A stretch of DNA of 64,000 bases, from contig QPMI01000557.1 of assembly GCA_004431415.1 (NCBI GenBank), forward strand, positions 24,313-88,312. The letters run 5' to 3'. This document shows, in pieces, positions 45,977 through 56,618 of this stretch (the stretch's first letter is position 1; every line of letters begins with the position of its first letter). The DNA comes from Cyanophora paradoxa CCMP329 (lineage: Eukaryota; Plantae; Glaucophyta). Made by a program: the position numbers and the translations under genes. The notes under the pieces are model-generated. The model saw nothing but the letters and a program-made list of their open reading frames with translations, was not told the DNA's origin and ran no database searches.

Positions 45977-46933
45977 TCAGTTTGACGAATTGATCCAAGG
46001 ATATGTCTTCGATCTTTTCTGTAGCTGAAGTTTTGCAAGTTCGTAAACAACATCACCATTGGGTTCGTCAGGACCATAACGAATTTCGAGAATAAATGAC
46101 ACAGGAGCTCCATTTAAATCAGCGATTCGCTGCATAAAATCGTATATCTCAATAGTCACAGAGTACAGGTCCAGCTTTGAATAAACATACTTATACAAAG
46201 GAGTTGCTTCAGTTGAATCATAGTAGGCTGTTTCGCCTGGACGGAGGGCGCTGGGAATGCTGAGCTTTGAGAAAAAGCCAGGAATTGAAGTATTGGGCAT
46301 ACTGACAAGGTCACCAATTTCAGGAATGCGAAGTAGCACATGATCATCGGGAGTGACATCAGGCTCATAAGCGCCTGCTATATATTCAGTATTTATAGAT
46401 AATGTCTTTGACCGAATCGGTAGAATTGATCGCAAGCCTAGCAGCTTTGCAGTTCGCTGAGCCCTAGCAACAGCCTGGTAGTTTCTGATTTCCCGCCCAC
46501 CCAGGTTCGGTGCCAACATCAGAGCAATAAAGAACTCGAAGCTAGCTGTGAACCCTATTGATTTAACTGCTGAATTATACGTGCACGTGATACCAGTCCC
46601 CGTCAACCTTTCGTTTATCTTTGTCACAAGCGAGGTGACGTCGTAATTTCCAGATGGAATTGTAATGTTATTCCAGGCTCCAAAACCTGGCTGAGGTGGG
46701 TCGGGTCCCTCATTTGCAGGATCATATTTGCACCAATATATATACGTGTCAAACACTAAATCCTCTGCTGGATCGAGTGCATCAACTGTGCTCATTGTGT
46801 TGGGGATCTCAGCTGATACCAAGCGCACAGCTTTTACATCCTGATAAACTTTAGGCAGTCTTACTTTAAATTTTGAGGTGGATGTCAGCTCATCCGCTTG
46901 GTGGCTTGCAATGCAGACGTAGTCCGTCGGCAT
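45977..46933 (-). CDS. Minor capsid (penton-like) protein 1
   Basis: FKVRLPKVYQDVKAVRLVSAEIPNT, ITIPSGNYDVTSL, LLGL, VTIEIYD...DLNGAPVSFILEI. Confidence 0.8.
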   Translation of the reverse strand: MPTDYVCIASHQADELTSTSKFKVRLPKVYQDVKAVRLVSAEIPNTMSTVDALDPAEDLVFDTYIYWCKYDPANEGPDPPQPGFGAWNNITIPSGNYDVTSLVTKINERLTGTGITCTYNSAVKSIGFTASFEFFIALMLAPNLGGREIRNYQAVARAQRTAKLLGLRSILPIRSKTLSINTEYIAGAYEPDVTPDDHVLLRIPEIGDLVSMPNTSIPGFFSKLSIPSALRPGETAYYDSTEATPLYKYVYSKLDLYSVTIEIYDFMQRIADLNGAPVSFILEIRYGPDEPNGDVVYELAKLQLQKRSKTYPWINSSN

Positions 46934-46960
46934 CTTTTTTATATCAGTTAGAGAATAAAA

Positions 46961-47878
46961 ATGGTCGAAGACAAGCATCGACGCTGCGTCAGGCTCAGCT
47001 TTGACAGTAGAGACAGAAGGCCAATCGATTCAGAGGCAAACTTTGTGCTAGAAATAAATGAACCTATAATCAATCCAGTTGCTGTTCGACTTACCCAGTG
47101 TGAGTTCGCAAACAGCCTTTACACGAGCATTAGAGATGAGTATCTTTCGATCACCTTCCCCAACATTTGGACGGAAAATCTGGCAGTTTTTGAGCCTGGT
47201 ATAATTACTACTGCAAATATGGGCGAAACAGATCTTTACAACTTTGGCCTATCGTTTAAGTTTGAACTGGGGGGAATCGTAATAGCATATTTCAAATTGT
47301 TTCGGGACCCAGAGACACTGAAGATGTCTGCCTATTGCAACCGTTCCTGCACAGTAACCTGCCAGTTCAAAGCTCTATCGAATCTGCTAGGGCTGAACCG
47401 AAATGAGCCCCTCCAGCTGTCTCCTATCGTGTTTGAAGGAGGACAAAGATCAGTAACTGCAGCTGAGCGATATCTCGAGGTTGCTGGCATTCCAGTAACA
47501 CCTTCACACCCTGAATATGGCGTGGATTTCACCGAAAGAATGCGGAGTGAGCCACTTGGTTATGCTGTCGAATTTCCAAAGATAATTGACATGAACAGCG
47601 ACCAGTATCTATTCCTAGTCTGTGAAGAGCTTCGACCATTTGCTTCAAAGCTTCGCCGTGGGGCCAAAACAATGTGCAACTACGGGCTTGCTCGAATTCA
47701 AATGAGTCAGGACGTTGGCAAATTCGTTTATATAAATCAGGATCATCAAAGCGAATGGATCCCCATCGAAGAGCGTCTTGTGCTGACTTCCTTGCGACTG
47801 CGCATTGTAGACAGAGATGGTGATGATGTATTACTGAATGGATTGCCATGGTCTGGGGAGCTCCAGTTCATCACTTAG
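46961..47878 (+). CDS. Minor capsid (penton-like) protein 2
   Basis: FDSRDR...NFVLEINEPIINPVAVRL...FANSLY, LLGL, YLFL, LARI, LTSLRLRIVDRDGDDVLLNGLPWSGELQF. Confidence 0.78.
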   Translation: MVEDKHRRCVRLSFDSRDRRPIDSEANFVLEINEPIINPVAVRLTQCEFANSLYTSIRDEYLSITFPNIWTENLAVFEPGIITTANMGETDLYNFGLSFKFELGGIVIAYFKLFRDPETLKMSAYCNRSCTVTCQFKALSNLLGLNRNEPLQLSPIVFEGGQRSVTAAERYLEVAGIPVTPSHPEYGVDFTERMRSEPLGYAVEFPKIIDMNSDQYLFLVCEELRPFASKLRRGAKTMCNYGLARIQMSQDVGKFVYINQDHQSEWIPIEERLVLTSLRLRIVDRDGDDVLLNGLPWSGELQFIT

Positions 47879-47895
47879 GGAAAGTCGCCAGAGTT

Positions 47896-48136
47896 GCAGA
47901 CAAGCAGCGACCGCTGCGCCAAACTGATTTGAAAAGTCGCAGACAAGCCGCTCGCTCGGCTGCGCCTGGGTTGCGCCCCGTTTTATTTCTTGGCACAATA
48001 TATAAAAAATGTCGCAGTTGATGCCCATAGCTCAGATTGAAAAGTACTTACCGTTGATGCGGGACAAAAAAGTATCACTTGTTGCGATTGGAGATAAGCC
48101 AAGCACAGTCGGCAGACAAGCTGCCTCGGCTGCGCC
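47896..48136. terminator. Cluster of three GCAGACAAGC-N6-10-GCTGCGCC motifs between convergent genes; candidate terminator
   Basis: Copies at 47896, 47939, 48112; two have clear self-complementary stems. Function is inferred from position. Confidence 0.4.
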
Positions 48137-48145
48137 CAAACAAAC

Positions 48146-49846
48146 CTAGGTTTTCTGCAAGCTTACCGCCGATTTGGTCCTGACGGAATCAAAAAGGAGC
48201 TCGCAACCAGAAACACAACTTGGTATCAGCGAAGAGAGAATTACATTAAGAGGCGACTGGGAGGGCGTAATGGAGCACCATTTTGGGAGAAAGATAAATC
48301 TGGCAGAACTATTCCAACACGTCTTGGACTCTCTCTGATTTCCTGGGCATTCATGCCGCCGCCTAATTAATGTAACGTCCCGGAAATCAAGCCGGAATGC
48401 ATTCACATTTATAAATTCGTTTGTTATAATTTGCACATAGTTATATACCTGTGGGGTGAACAAATGCGAGTCACTATGCATTAGATCGAAGCCTGCCATT
48501 GTTGGGTTCGCAGCAAGCACATTTGCTAGGACCGTATTTTCAAAAAGCCTCCCATCTTGGACATATCCTAAGTTGGTCAGAATGCTGAAATTAAATAGGA
48601 CTCCGGCAGCAAATGCTGGCCCATACATAATGATTTGATGTAGCTCAAAAGGCTTGGGAAACTCGACTTTAATCCAGGGATTAGGTAAAGTGCCCCCTTG
48701 GAACCCTGTTGAGTTGGGTCGCACATGAGAAGGTGGGTGCAATTCCTCAAAGTCGTTGCTTGTAATGTTTGCATCTGGAATTATAAACCAGTTGACATCA
48801 AATGGCGGCTCAACTGTTAAAGAAGACGATATGATTAGTCTCTCATCGTTCAGTAGGTCATAGTTCGCCAGTAGAAAGCTGCAGAGTGCATTTATTTTAG
48901 CATTTATTTCGATTTGTTTCAGCCATAAATCTGTCGTGGAAATCAAATAAGAAATATTCGATGGGGAGGCATCGTCAAGCTTGCTCATGACTGCAGCTGG
49001 TAGCGGAACACTTAAACGCCAGTATCTTGTTAGATTCCTATCCGCATCAACTGGAAGCAGTTCCTGCATTTGAAAGTGCGATTCCAGCTCGCTACCAGCC
49101 ATTAGCATAGAAATGATTGGGCTGCCTGAGAGGGATAGGATCCAGCCCAGTGCGCCCCAGCCTGACGTCTCCGAATTCGAAAAGCCTGCAGTCAATTGCT
49201 CACTGGCTTGGACTTCACCACAGCTAATGCTCACAAGAACAATTGGATCTTCTGCATCGTAAATTTTACTGGCGTGGCTGAGTGCAGCAACTGAGGGATT
49301 ATTCAAACAGGCAATTGCCCCGTCAACAAGGTTTTTGTCCCCTAGAACCTTCGGTGGAAAGAATGTAGGCGCTGCAGAAGATGCTCTCACTGCATCACGA
49401 ATCAGCGTGCTTGAATATGGCCCATCCTTCGTAAAAACTACGGGCTGCATCCGAACTGTATCAAACGCTGTTATTAATACATCTTTTGTCGATTCTGCAA
49501 TTGTGTAGTCCTGGGCAACGTCTGTGAGCACCGACTCCAGAGGGTTTGCATCATAGCGGCTGCCTGAGAGCAAGCTTGTCAGTGATCTTGGATTTGCAAA
49601 TATTGTTGGCAGGTTCGTTTGATATAGACTCAAGATATCACCTGCAGAATATCGGTAAGCAAGAACAGAGCCTGGAGCTGATGGGATCGCCAATCCGGCC
49701 GCTATTATTGCCCCTGTTGAGGTGCCTGCAAAGAAATCAAACAGCTGTGGTATTGCTTTCCCAGTAATCGCCTCAATCCGTTGTAGAATTCGGGCTATGA
49801 CTATTCCACGAGCACCTCCACCTGATAGTGAGAGAATGACCTTCAT
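48146..49846 (-). CDS. Patatin-like phospholipase with C-terminal extension
   Basis: LSLSGGGARG, FAGTSTG (Ser nucleophile), ASSAAPTFFP, LVDGA..NNP (Asp). ATG at 49846 after an AT-rich spacer; the C-terminal end is less certain. Confidence 0.92.
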   Translation of the reverse strand: MKVILSLSGGGARGIVIARILQRIEAITGKAIPQLFDFFAGTSTGAIIAAGLAIPSAPGSVLAYRYSAGDILSLYQTNLPTIFANPRSLTSLLSGSRYDANPLESVLTDVAQDYTIAESTKDVLITAFDTVRMQPVVFTKDGPYSSTLIRDAVRASSAAPTFFPPKVLGDKNLVDGAIACLNNPSVAALSHASKIYDAEDPIVLVSISCGEVQASEQLTAGFSNSETSGWGALGWILSLSGSPIISMLMAGSELESHFQMQELLPVDADRNLTRYWRLSVPLPAAVMSKLDDASPSNISYLISTTDLWLKQIEINAKINALCSFLLANYDLLNDERLIISSSLTVEPPFDVNWFIIPDANITSNDFEELHPPSHVRPNSTGFQGGTLPNPWIKVEFPKPFELHQIIMYGPAFAAGVLFNFSILTNLGYVQDGRLFENTVLANVLAANPTMAGFDLMHSDSHLFTPQVYNYVQIITNEFINVNAFRLDFRDVTLIRRRHECPGNQRESKTCWNSSARFIFLPKWCSITPSQSPLNVILSSLIPSCVSGCELLFDSVRTKSAVSLQKT

Positions 49847-49870
49847 TTTTAAAAGGGGGCTTATATAAAA

Positions 49871-52800
49871 ATGTCCTACATCTTGAAGAAGCCAGTGCCA
49901 CTTCGTAGATCTCCAGATTTCGTTGATGATCGACTCATAAATATTCGCGTATTTGGAAGCATCTTGGCAGACTTCAATGCTGATCGTGACATCCACAGGA
50001 CCGAGTTTAGTCGACCAGCTGCATTAATTCTGCGGAACTCCCACGTTGGTGCCCCAGATATTGCACAGAGATTCTGTCTTGGTCCCACTGAGAACTTTGT
50101 TGCTGAAATTATTGGGTCCAGGGCGTTGCCACGACACCTGCGAATTGCCTCCTCAGGCACAGTCTCCAAGTATGATTCTGGTAGATTGATATTTAGGCTC
50201 CAAAATGATAGAGGGGTCCATACATCAGCTCTACGTCTAATTGATGAATCAAATGATGTCGCAAACAAAACTGCGGCTCAAATCACTGGGCGAATTCTCC
50301 TTGGCGAAGATGCTGCAATATCAGTGCTTGCATCACAAATTCAGCCGTTCCCCTGGGACTTACTTTTTACAGCTGCACGAGAAGCAAATCTTCTTTTCGG
50401 GTTTGATGTAAATCAAATCGATACCGAGCCAGCCACCAGGTTCGATATTCCTGGATGCACCTTCGGCTCTATCTTGATTGAGGCTGACAGGCACCTGCTC
50501 CCGGCATTGCATGATAGATATGACCTAGGGCTTCGCACCAGGCAGTGGAGAAATATTCATGGAACTAATATTTATCAGGATGGTAAGAAGGTTAGCACCG
50601 AAGAGCAGGTTATCAACATTTTCAACTACTACTTCGGACCTATTGTCCCTATACCACCTCTTCCAGGGTTACCAAAGCCGCCAATCCCGGATGGACCTGG
50701 TCGAGAGCGAGTTGCTGATGAGACAGTTCCTTTCGGTCAACATATTGTCAGTTGGGAGCAAGTTCGCAATAAACCTATCTTCGAACCGAAAAAACAAATA
50801 GATGAACAGTATTTACCTCCTGAAATCGATATATTAGAGCTTGATGATTACCAATTTGTCCAGATGAGGAAGAGTTTTTACCTGACGGTTTCGACCCGCA
50901 AGAGTATGAGTATGATCAATACGACCCAAATGAGGAAGAGTATTTACCCGATGGTTTAGATCCACAAGAGTATGAGTATGAACAGAATTATGAACCCCAT
51001 GAGGAATATTTAGCAGATGGTCTCGAACCACCAGTTGTGGATTATGAGCAACCTTATGAACCCCATGAGGAGTTTTTACCAGATGGTTTACAACCGGAGC
51101 TTTTTGAGTTCTTTCCAGATTGGGAACAGATCAACAACAAACCAGCGAGATATCCACCAGAGGATCACAACCATGATTGGGATGAGATCTTGGGTAAACC
51201 TGAGAAATATCCACCTGAAGATCACAGGCATGATTGGGGCGATATCGATGGAATTCCACCTGAGTTTCCGCCAGAAGACCATTTACATATTTGGAGCGAA
51301 ATACGAGAGCAGCCCACTTTTGCATCAGCAGGAAATGTATTATTAGGAGATATTAACAATGGTGTGAGTCTCTACCAAAATATAAACACACCAGAAAGAT
51401 TACAATTAAACGATTATTATGTGAATCGTCAGGGAATCGATGCAGGCACCACAATGGACGGTGAATTGTATATTAGACCACCCACAAGGGATGTAATATT
51501 ACCACTTGGTGGTGGAATTGAAATTAAAAATACAAAACCAGGAATCTACTTAACAAACTACTACCCCGATGATGTCCCGATGACAGCAGGATTTATTTCT
51601 CTACCATCTGATCCAGCAAACTATGATAACAAAGATGCAACAATACAAATTAATGTGACTAATGTAAGCGATTTAGACGGATCAAGACCAAAATTAATAT
51701 TTAGCCGTGAGCAACTCGCAGCAGAAACACTTTTAGGAGATCGCGATGATTATAAACAATGTGAGGTAGCATGGATTAAAACAAATTATAATGGTGGAGT
51801 TCCTGAGGGTCTTTTAGAAATCAATCAGAGAGCCTCAGCGAAAAACATTCATAACGAAAATATTTCAAGAGTCGTAACAGAAGATTATTTTAGATGGGAT
51901 AATATCCCTGACGCACCCGAAAAATTCCCACCCTCAGACCATGAACATGTTAAAGCAGATATTACGGATTTTGCACATACTCATGTCAAAGCCGATATTA
52001 CGGATTTTGACCATACTCACACAAAAGCGCAAATCACAGATTTTGCCCACACTCACACAAAAGATCAAATAACAGACTTTGCCCATACTCATCTAAAAGC
52101 AGATATTACAGACTTTGCACATGCTCACACAAAAGCAGATATCACAGATTTTGCACACACCCACCTTAAAGCAGATATTACAGACTTTGCACATACTCAC
52201 CTAAAAGCAGATATTACAGATTTTGCACATACCCACACAAAAGTGGATATCTCAGATTTTGCACATAGGCACAATTGGGACGAAATAGACGAACAGCCAG
52301 TTTTTGCACAATTGAATGCAATCGGAAACGTTTTTAATGGAGTCACTCTTTACCAATCAAGTAATACACCTGAAAGATTGTATTTGAATGATCATTATGT
52401 TAGTCTCAATGGTTCATTTACAGGTGAAACAGGCACACCGATGGTGGGAACTCTTGCAGTAAGATTACCCAGGGATCCAATCGTAAATGGAGTTTATGAT
52501 GGTGATTTTAATGTAGGAGTAAATGATACTTTCCCCAGTATCTATGTTACGAATTATCACCCAGGTGAAACAGGACAAGTAGCCGATTTTTCAGCAGCTA
52601 TTCAAATAAACGTTACAGATCAAAGCGCATATGATGGAGCAAGACCTAAGATAGTTTTCACAAGGGAGAAAGTTGTAAACTACCTTCCTGTTGTGGGACA
52701 ACCCACAGACGATCACGGAAAATGTGAGATGGCATGGATTAAAACGACAACAGGTGGCGCCTTAGAAGTCAATCAGAGAATGGCGGCGAAAAACTTACAC

Positions 52801-55344
52801 AATACAACCCTTTCCGGTGTTGTTACAGATGATTACCTTACCAATAAAGGATATCTTACGACCGCGGATTTAAGCAGTTATGCAACCGATGCAGAATTAG
52901 CGGCGGCACTTGCGAATTATCTACCTCTCACAGGTGGAACTGTAACAGGAACTGTGAATGCTACCACTTTACAAATTGGTGGAACCACAATACCAAAAGG
53001 TTACGATTTTGACCAATTAGATGTGGTTTCGACAGATAGAAGCGCAAATAATTGGACTGTCAATTGGAGTCCGAGAACCGGACAAACAGGATGTTATACA
53101 ACACCACAAAATGATGAAGATTGTAGCGCTTGTTTTATGCGTTGGACAGTTCCAGAAGGTATGAAATCGTTTTACATCCAGCACATGCCGTGGTATAATT
53201 GTAGATACTTTGATATTTACGGGCAAACTGTGAATGGATATCAACATTTCTTAAAACGTATAAATGCATATCAGGAAATCCAGGCAGTCAATCAAGATGG
53301 AACACACAATACTGTTTTGTTTGCCTCAATCAACTGTGAGTTTTACACAAAGATATATATTCAAGGTCGAAAAGGTCGCATTCATCTTACGGGGGTTTTC
53401 GGTTGGAGTAGACAGAGAGCAACCGACAATGAATTGGGCATGATCTCTTGGGATAATATATTTAGCAAACCGTCATTTTATTCAGCCGCAGACCTCCCAG
53501 CAACAGCAAAATGGACAGTGGACAATTGGTTAAAATCAACAGACAATATAGAAAGATTTTGGTTTGGAAATGGTAATACGACATATATTCGTGGTTATGG
53601 AAACTCTGATAATGTTTGTGTGGAGTTTCGCAATGGCTCCGATTTAGCATTATTAAAATCATATAATAATGGTAATTTATGGGTAGGAGGAACTTTAAAT
53701 GTTACTACAAGTGTAAGCGCACCATCAATTACAGGAACTACTATAAATGCAACAACCATTGATGTTGCAACATTAAAAAGAAATGGTTATGACGTTCCGA
53801 AATTCTACGCTTTTGATGACACAGTAGCAGGTGGTGCTTATCATTCATCGGGCGGAACTTGGTCGGTTGGGTATGGAACAGCTTGGGATCCAGGATATAA
53901 TTATGGTAGTCATGTGTATAATAGTGAAAGTCAAGATGAAGTGTCTACAACAACTTGGATTCAGTATACAATTCCCACCGCATTAGTGAATGGAACAGCA
54001 TACCTTACACATTTACCATGGTTTAATTGCCGTTACTTTGAGATTTGGGGAGTCCGTAGTAATGGGGCAATAGTATTTATTACAAGAGTAAATAACTATC
54101 AGCCACATGATGGTAACGCAGACGGTCACCACAACGGGTTAAACAATGTCCCAATTTTCCTTGCCGGTCGATTTACTCACCTCCGTATTTATCCCAGAGT
54201 TGGAAGAGTTCACATTATGGGAATTGGTTTTACGCATGATCGAGCTAATAGTAGTTCATATGGTGGTCACACCGGTTTTATTCATTGGAATAATGTTTAC
54301 AGTAAACCTACTATTCCTACATCCTATCTGTCGTTAACAGATGTCACAAATTCAATTGGAAACATTACCAGTTTTGATGTGGTTTCAGGATGGAATAGTG
54401 CAACTGTTTATTTTATAGGATCTTGGGGAACAGGTTGGAAACCTACAACAGACAATCCAGTAGAAGGATTTTATAGCCACATCGAAAATGATACCACAAG
54501 TGGTGACTACATGCAAATGGAAGTTCCCAGTGGAATGCGAACCTGTCATGTCCAGTATTTCTGTTCGACGAATTGTAGATATTTTGATATTGGTGGATAT
54601 CGAAACAATAGATGGAATCACATAATGAGAGTAAATACGTATCAAAATATTTCAAATGTAGCCGATTCAAATTGGCATGATGGGTTAACATGGACATCCT
54701 TCTTTTGTGCGAATTTCTCACATATTCGATTTATTGCAAGAAAGGGAAGATGTCACGTTGGGATGATTGGATGGACAAAAGAAGTAGGAAGAACCTCACC
54801 AGCAAATGGTATGATCAGTTGGGATAACATTTTTAGTAAACCGCTGTCGGCAACTTGGGCTACCGGAGATTGGATAAACTCCGGTGATAATTACCCGAGA
54901 ATGTATTTTGGGACAGGTTCTACTACGTATATTAGAGGACATGCAACAACAGTAGTAGAGTTTCGAAATGCATCCGATGTTCACGTAGCATTTATAAATG
55001 ACGATGGTTACATGTGGGTTAGAAACTATCTCGGACAAGGTAGCGATAGAAGATACAAAACCGATATTAAAAAGATAACCGGCGCTCTTTCAGCAATTGA
55101 AAAATTAGAAGGAGTGAGTTTTAAACGAATCGGAAGTGAAAAAGACGGAACAAGATTAGGTTTAATTGCGCAAGATGTGCAACAGGTAATACCAGAAGTT
55201 GTATGTGCGAGCAATAAAGATGGTTACTTAGCTCTCGAATACACGGGTTTAATTCCAGTTCTCATAGAAGCCGTTAAAGAATTATCTAAGAAATGCAAAG
55301 GTCTACAAGATCAAATAGATCAATGGCGCAGCCAGGCTGCTTAA
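49871..55344 (+). CDS. Giant modular fibre/spike protein (~1,820 aa) with HxH repeats and C-terminal peptidase S74 chaperone; split by a -1 frameshift near 50860
   Basis: ORFs 49871-50959 and 51037-55344 join if gtccagat were gtcccagat, since the acidic EEYLPDG repeats start at the shift. Nine 12-aa HxHxKADITDFA units; C-terminal SDRRYKTDI...GLIAQDV...LIPVLIEAVKEL. Confidence 0.85.
51940..52272 (+). repeat. Coding 36-bp tandem repeat x9 (HxHxKADITDFA)
   Basis: Read directly in the ORF translation. Confidence 0.92.
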
Positions 55345-55375
55345 CTGCCGTAATAAAAATGTCACAGTATAATAA

Positions 55376-55684
55376 ATGGCGACCTATCCACTTGGTGGAT
55401 CTCCTTCTACTACTTCTGAGCCTGTCGCTCTTGCTTTTGATACTATTAAACTTGTAGCCGCGCTACAAAATGTCGAAAAAACGATACAGCAAACTAACAA
55501 ACTGTCCCCAGTTGTTCATGAATATAAAAACCTCTTGGTTAATGTCCTTGCGCAATCGGCTTATGGTGATCCTGTTGCTAAATACTCTGAGTGCGATAGC
55601 AATATCAAAGCAATGACAGCCAATATTCAAGCTCTTTCTGTTGCTTACCAAGCCCTTGGAGCGAATCTAATCACTTTGGCTTGA
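55376..55684 (+). CDS. Viral hypothetical protein, 102 aa
   Basis: ATG preceded by tataataa; tightly packed, co-directional with neighbours. Confidence 0.65.
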   Translation: MATYPLGGSPSTTSEPVALAFDTIKLVAALQNVEKTIQQTNKLSPVVHEYKNLLVNVLAQSAYGDPVAKYSECDSNIKAMTANIQALSVAYQALGANLITLA

Positions 55685-55740
55685 TGGTAGTTTGGCTTGT
55701 CTGCCGACTTTTTTTTCTTTCCTTCTTAGTAAAATAAGCA

Positions 55741-56595
55741 ATGGGCGAATATAATCGGGTTCAGTTACCTATCTATTCACTTGGATCCCCTGCAAATCAT
55801 TTTCGCCAACACGAAGTCAATGATGAGGTTCGCGGTCTGGAATCCACTGAACGACCTAATTCGAATGGTAACTCTTTTGACAAAAACTCAATGATTCGAG
55901 TAAAAGAACTTCGAGCTGACAAGAACTCAGGTGTGGTTAAAACAACTCGACTACTCGTAAGCAATGCTAACTTCTTCCAACCAATAAATGGAGGTCCTGA
56001 TGCTTATGGTGTTGATCTGAAAGCCCTTGACTTCGATAAGAATTCTGCTGCTGTTACTGTGAGATCAGGAGGAGCTTTTATTGGCGGTGGCTGCAGAATT
56101 TCAGGTCAACTCTCTTCTTCGATTGCATACAATGATGTCCCGGATTCCCTTGAACAAAATGTTGAAAATCCACAACGAATTCGGTTCTATACACCAGTTG
56201 CACAGCAACCTTTTCTTCACTTCTATGTTGCATCATCTGTCTCTCTTGAAAATTCAGAGTTGGTTTCCATTACAGGAACTGATCGTGTGAGAATGAATAT
56301 TCCTCTTCCCACAGCAATGCTTTCGATGTGCAGAGCAAACAACAATCAACCAGGTCACAATTACCTATTCTTTGTTCAAGCATCAAACCATTTTGGTAGA
56401 GGATATTGTGTTTATAACAATTTGACATTTACTTATGATTTGTTTGTCACTGAGGTAGGAGTTTATAATACTATGATAATTGGACTGAGAACAGATATAG
56501 CTGCTGTTTCAGCACTTCGTGGTGTGAATATTGCTGATATTTTTACAACCGGATTTTACCAGGAGCCAGATGTTATTGACGATCCTACTCCGTAA
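55741..56595 (+). CDS. Viral hypothetical protein, paralogue A
   Basis: 284 aa; shares GLESTE, ELRxDKNxGVVKTTxLLVxNANF and GGAxIG with the next ORF. Confidence 0.8.
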   Translation: MGEYNRVQLPIYSLGSPANHFRQHEVNDEVRGLESTERPNSNGNSFDKNSMIRVKELRADKNSGVVKTTRLLVSNANFFQPINGGPDAYGVDLKALDFDKNSAAVTVRSGGAFIGGGCRISGQLSSSIAYNDVPDSLEQNVENPQRIRFYTPVAQQPFLHFYVASSVSLENSELVSITGTDRVRMNIPLPTAMLSMCRANNNQPGHNYLFFVQASNHFGRGYCVYNNLTFTYDLFVTEVGVYNTMIIGLRTDIAAVSALRGVNIADIFTTGFYQEPDVIDDPTP

Positions 56596-56618
56596 AATTT
56601 ATATTACTTTAATGTAAA

